Assembly (NCBI GenBank): GCA_046542505.1 | Contig: JBKHBH010000021.1 | Span: forward strand, 1 to 28,984 | Reading direction: 5' to 3' | DNA: 28,984 nucleotides | Source of the DNA: Thermovirgaceae bacterium | Lineage (GTDB): Bacteria > Synergistota > Synergistia > Synergistales > Thermovirgaceae | Shown: piece by piece, positions 25,127 through 28,984 of the stretch | Numbering within the stretch: position 1 is the first letter of the stretch | Layout: each line of letters begins with the position of its first letter | Translations under genes and position numbers: made by a program | Notes under the pieces: generated by a model | What the model was told of the DNA's origin: nothing | The model's input: only the letters and a program-made list of their open reading frames with translations | Databases searched by the model: none

Positions 25127-26965
25127 TTATCCCGGAAGCCAGTTGATAAACTCCTGAAGGCCAAGCCGTCGGAGCAAAGATGCCTCGGGGACTCCTTCTT
25201 TGTCCCAGTTGCGAAAGCGGTAGTATTCTTCAAGCTGCATTTCAAGATCTGGCAACAGATCCGGCGAACCACCCGAGCCTCTTGCTTCCCTGAGAATCCT
25301 TTCGGGGAGCGTGTCATCGGACCGCCGGAATCCCATTCCTGTATTGAAGAGTCGTTTCATGTTGTAGATCCGCTCTCCGGTCTCTAAAAATTCTTTTTGG
25401 CTTATGTCCCACCCGGCAATGTCTGTGAGCCATTTCCGCATGATACCTACATCGACGCCGGAGAGAAGGGCAAACTTGCAGATTTTCAGCGAATCAAGCA
25501 TGCTCGAAAGGTTCTGGAATTTCGCCGTCATAACACCCTTGCCTTCATCTTTCGTGCGGTCGCTCTTTTCCGGGTAGCCCAGTTCAGGAAACGCGGCGGA
25601 TCGCTCCCAAGGATAGCTGTAGCTATTAAGGTGACATGCGCCCCTGACCGACGTGGCATACCCTGATGCGAGGCTTTTGAAACATCTGGGGTCATGGGCC
25701 GGGAATTCCAGGCCCTTTGACTGGATGGCAAAAGCTTCGGCACCTTTTCCTATTTTTTTCGCCACCTTTTTCGTACCCTGCCCGAGAAGAATCCCTATGC
25801 CCCTTTTGCGGGCCATCTTTTCAATCAGCTCCAGCACAACACTGCCGTCTCCCCATTTTATGGGTGTTTCACTGCTCTTTTCCGTAAGAAGCCCCTTCTC
25901 GTACAGTTCCATGGAAAAGGCGATGACCGAGCCGGTGGAAATGGTGTCGAGCCCCATTCTGTTGCAAAGGTCATTGGCCCTGGCGATTGTTTCGAGGTCC
26001 TCCACGAGGCAGCAGCTTCCAAGCATGGCAACCGTTTCGTACTCGGGTCCGCCGCATTTCCTGTCGTCAAGTTCAACGACACGCCCACACCTGATGGGGC
26101 AGGCCTTGCAGCCGTAGTTATCCGCAAGAATGGTATCGGCCATCTTCTGGCCTGTGACGGCTTCCACTGCGGGGAATGAACCCTCGCTCCAGTTTTTTAC
26201 GGGAAGGTCGCCGAGCTCTTCCGCGGCGGCTGTGCCACCGGCCGTTCCGTAAAGGGTCAAACCTGCAGCTTTTTCCTTGAGCAAAGCGTTTTTCTCGCGG
26301 ATCGACGCCGTCAGCGAAGACCTGTCCATGACCTTGGTAGTGCTGTTTCCTCCGGCAACGATGCACTTGATGTTCTTTGATCCCATGACGGCACCTGCTC
26401 CGCCTCTCCCGGCAGCCCGCGCATCGGGACCGTCATGAAAAATCCCGGCCAAAAGAACCTGGTTTTCCCCCGCTGGACCTATACAGGAAAGGCCCATGCT
26501 CCGCCCGAAGATTTCGGACACCTTTTCAGCCGTTTCCATGGTATCGAGACCCCACAGATCTTCAGCATCCCTGAAGCCGATGATCCCTTCAAAAACGGTC
26601 AGGCACAGGGGTTTCTCGGACCTGCCCAGGATGACCAGACCGTCAAATCCGGCCTGCTTCAGATGAAAACCGAAGGTGCCTCCAGCGTCAGATTCGAGAA
26701 ATGCACCCGTCAACGGGGAACGGGTAACCACCTGGTGTCTTCCCGACGTCGGGATACCTGTTCCCTGGTAGGGACCGGTCATGTAGATCAGCGGGTTCTC
26801 CGGTGCCAGTGCTTCCGTTCCGGGAGTACAATACTTGAGAAGGAAAAAGGTCCCCATACCGGATCCGCCGATATAGGTCCTTGCAAAGTCTTCATCAAAA
26901 TCTATCGTCCTGGCGGTTCGATTCGTCACATCAACGAGTGCGATTTTACCGTTATACCCGTACAT
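25127..26965 (-). CDS. Aldehyde:ferredoxin oxidoreductase (W/Mo-pterin AOR family)
   Basis: 'SPLTG', 'CIGPAGE', 'AAGRGGAGAVMGSKNIK', 'CKACPIRC', 'PEYET', 'GLDTIS', 'DSLKICKF', 'DTLPER'. Confidence 0.96.
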   Translation of the reverse strand: MYGYNGKIALVDVTNRTARTIDFDEDFARTYIGGSGMGTFFLLKYCTPGTEALAPENPLIYMTGPYQGTGIPTSGRHQVVTRSPLTGAFLESDAGGTFGFHLKQAGFDGLVILGRSEKPLCLTVFEGIIGFRDAEDLWGLDTMETAEKVSEIFGRSMGLSCIGPAGENQVLLAGIFHDGPDARAAGRGGAGAVMGSKNIKCIVAGGNSTTKVMDRSSLTASIREKNALLKEKAAGLTLYGTAGGTAAAEELGDLPVKNWSEGSFPAVEAVTGQKMADTILADNYGCKACPIRCGRVVELDDRKCGGPEYETVAMLGSCCLVEDLETIARANDLCNRMGLDTISTGSVIAFSMELYEKGLLTEKSSETPIKWGDGSVVLELIEKMARKRGIGILLGQGTKKVAKKIGKGAEAFAIQSKGLEFPAHDPRCFKSLASGYATSVRGACHLNSYSYPWERSAAFPELGYPEKSDRTKDEGKGVMTAKFQNLSSMLDSLKICKFALLSGVDVGIMRKWLTDIAGWDISQKEFLETGERIYNMKRLFNTGMGFRRSDDTLPERILREARGSGGSPDLLPDLEMQLEEYYRFRNWDKEGVPEASLLRRLGLQEFINWLPG

Positions 26966-27016
26966 TCTGTTCCCTCCCCCTGAAATGATACCTCAGATTC
27001 ATACCGGCGAATTTTT

Positions 27017-27274
27017 TCAACCGCTTTCCACGGTCCCGACAAAAAGCAGAAGAGCCCCTTCATAAAGGGGGTCCTCCAGAGCCGCGGCTTTCGGCGAGCC
27101 CTCTTCCATCAAGCAGACAAGCCCGTCCTTTCTTTCAATGAATGCATTCCCGTATTTGCTTCGCAGTTCATCCATGACATCCCCGACGGAAGCCGAACCT
27201 GCAAGACGAAGTGTTTCTTCATCCCGCCCGGAGTCATTCCTGTATGGCCCGTGATACCTGATCCTGATCCGCAC
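27017..27274 (-). CDS. MoaD/ThiS-like ubiquitin-fold protein with atypical C-terminus (VESG)
   Basis: 'MRIRIRYHG...G.DEE.L....SVGDVMDEL..KYG', 'L.EG....F'. Adjacent to AOR. GTG 27274 follows AAGGTG (alternative start 27295). Confidence 0.72.
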   Translation of the reverse strand: MRIRIRYHGPYRNDSGRDEETLRLAGSASVGDVMDELRSKYGNAFIERKDGLVCLMEEGSPKAAALEDPLYEGALLLFVGTVESG

Positions 27275-27301
27275 GGATAACACCTTCTGGCTCACAGGCG
27301 T

Positions 27302-27757
27302 TTATGCGTCCGCCGTGCCTGAGCTCCTGAGCAGGTAATCAAGCAGATCCGCGCGGCTCACCATCCCGATAAAGGTCCCGCCGGACACAACGGGAGCCCT
27401 CTTGAGATTCTCCCGCATCATGATCATGGCGACCTGGAAATCGCTGTCGTCCACGTCAAAGGTTACCACGTCTCGGATCATGTATTTTTCCACCGGGTCG
27501 AGGCTGATTCTGCGAAGACGTTTGCTGAACTGATCGAAATCAGGAAGAAAGGAAGGATCCTGAAGGAGATCGAAGTAGCCCGGCAAGGCGGCCTTGACGA
27601 TGTCCTTCTCGCTGATAAAACCCTGAATTTCCCCCGCGCCGTCAAGCACAGGAACGCCGGATATCCGGTGTACCGAAAGGACCTCTACGGCATCGGCCAC
27701 GGTCGTCTCCGGGGTTATGGCCGTCAGATCCCTGTCCATCAGGTCTCCGATTCTCAT
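27302..27757 (-). CDS. CBS domain pair protein
   Basis: 'MRIGDLM', 'ISGVPVLD', 'GFISEKDI', 'GMVSRADLL'. RBS GGAGGTG. Confidence 0.92.
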   Translation of the reverse strand: MRIGDLMDRDLTAITPETTVADAVEVLSVHRISGVPVLDGAGEIQGFISEKDIVKAALPGYFDLLQDPSFLPDFDQFSKRLRRISLDPVEKYMIRDVVTFDVDDSDFQVAMIMMRENLKRAPVVSGGTFIGMVSRADLLDYLLRSSGTADA

Positions 27758-27835
27758 AGGCTCACCTCCGCCACATCGAGGCCACGGCGGTTTGGGCTTC
27801 TGCAGGCCTTCCGAGTGCCGTCAATGGGGCTCGCC

Positions 27836-28984
27836 TCAGAAGACTCCGCCGTAACGGATTACAACATACACGCTGCTGACCGCGAGTGAAATCAGCACAA
27901 CACGCATTCCTGTCTGCATAAAGGCCGAAAAAGTGATTCTCGCGTTCTCGCGCTCGGCCATATCCGCTACGATGATGTTCGCCGCGGCTCCAAGATATGT
28001 ACCGTTCCCGCCGAGGCATGCTCCCAGCGCCAGCGCCCAGAACAGCGGTTCCGGCTCCATGCCCAGGGTAAGGGCCATCTCATCGACGAGAAAGACAAAA
28101 GTTGCCGCAAAGGCAACATTATTGATAAAACAGCATGTCAGCCCTGATATCCATAATACAGCCAGAAGTGCCCAAATGGGATGTCCCTTGAGAAAGGGGG
28201 CCGCCCACCCCGTCGCGGTACTGATCACACCGGTATGTTTGAGTCCGCCCACAACGATAAAAAGGGCGGCAAAAAAGACGAGCGTGGCCCATTCAATGTC
28301 ACCCTGCAGAACTTTCTCCCCGTCCACGGGAATCACAATGAGCAAAAGAGCCGCACCGAAAAGGGCGATAACGGCGGCGTCAAGATGAAGGAGATGGTGA
28401 ACAAGAAAGCCGAGGAACACGCCCGCAAGAGCAATGGACGTCTTGACGAGAAGTGGCTTGTCCTTTATGACACGGCTTTCATCAACCCTGGATATTTTTT
28501 CACCGTCTCTCTTTGCCCTGAAAAGCACCCCCTTGTACCGATACATGAGATAGGCCACGACGACGAAAAAAATTATTGATGCCGCCGGCGCAAGGTTAAC
28601 GAGAAAATCCGCGAAAGACAGTCCTGCGAAGGAGCCTATTATAATGTTGGGCGGGTCTCCTACGAGGGTGGCCGTGCCTCCGATGTTGGAAGCAAAGGCC
28701 TCGGTCACAAGAAAAGGCAGGGGATTCACGTCCATGAGATCCACCAGGGAAATCACGATGGGGCTGACAAGAAGGACGGTGGTGACGTTGTCGAGAAAGG
28801 CCGAAAGCGTTGCCGTTACCGCAGCAATCGCCACGAAGGTCAAAGGGACGTTGCCCCGGGTCAGCTTCACCGTCTTGATTGCGATGAACTGGAACACGCC
28901 GGTTCTCGAAAGCACGCCGACGATGATCATCATCCCCATGAGCAGTCCGATGGTGTTGAAATCTATGAAAAGCACGGCCTGCTC
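27836..28984 (-). CDS. ArsB/NhaD (P-protein-like, IT superfamily) transporter, 5'-truncated by the window edge
   Basis: 'DFNTIGLLMGMM', 'SAFLDNVTTV', 'SNIGGTATLVGDPPN', 'LGACLGGNGT..GAAAN'. The frame is open to the window end. Confidence 0.92.
   Translation of the reverse strand, partial: EQAVLFIDFNTIGLLMGMMIIVGVLSRTGVFQFIAIKTVKLTRGNVPLTFVAIAAVTATLSAFLDNVTTVLLVSPIVISLVDLMDVNPLPFLVTEAFASNIGGTATLVGDPPNIIIGSFAGLSFADFLVNLAPAASIIFFVVVAYLMYRYKGVLFRAKRDGEKISRVDESRVIKDKPLLVKTSIALAGVFLGFLVHHLLHLDAAVIALFGAALLLIVIPVDGEKVLQGDIEWATLVFFAALFIVVGGLKHTGVISTATGWAAPFLKGHPIWALLAVLWISGLTCCFINNVAFAATFVFLVDEMALTLGMEPEPLFWALALGACLGGNGTYLGAAANIIVADMAERENARITFSAFMQTGMRVVLISLAVSSVYVVIRYGGVF

Noticed and set aside
26980..27019. 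Selenocysteine read-through of the MoaD-like TGA
   Set aside because: No convincing SECIS hairpin follows, read-through adds only five more residues before another TGA, and the Gly lies at the normal family C-terminus.
1..28984. CRISPR arrays, tRNA, rRNA, SRP RNA, riboswitches, IS elements
   Set aside because: Intergenic gaps are all under about 230 bp and I saw no repeat-spacer pattern, cloverleaf or known motif. An Infernal/Rfam scan would be needed to exclude small RNAs rigorously.

Overview
A 29-kb, gene-dense, mostly housekeeping chromosomal segment from an anaerobic bacterium. The gene content (TrmD with a C-terminal SPOUT-like extension, spoVS, Firmicutes-like ylxM-ffh order, Slt70-like transglycosylase, AOR) suggests Synergistota; this is an inference. 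Left to right it holds: an AT-richer AEC transporter; the ylxM-ffh-rpsP-khpA-rimM-trmD-rplS operon; a His-tailed ferritin-like protein; a LUD protein; trkAH; asparaginase; TSUP; a PPC/DUF296 protein; DtxR/MntR-slt-ybaK; citG; an XRE repressor + ImmA/IrrE metalloprotease + radical SAM unit; MATE; RpiR; an MBL hydrolase; hisS-aspS; spoVS; and a NhaD/ArsB-CBS-MoaD-like-AOR cluster. I saw no tRNA, rRNA, CRISPR array, integrase or transposase. The best candidate for an undescribed system is the ImmR/ImmA-type proteolytic switch. It sits in core chromosome with no mobile element, has its own near-consensus promoter, and is translationally coupled to an Elp3-like radical SAM gene. Other leads are an inverted pair of -35 hexamers at the ylxM promoter, a degenerate EncFtn-like His-rich protein, a degenerate SPOUT domain fused to TrmD, a MoaD-like protein ending in Ser-Gly, and a bidirectional promoter with overlapping -10 boxes. 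All family calls come from motif recognition by eye, with no database searches. Many start codons were moved from the ORF track based on RBS position.
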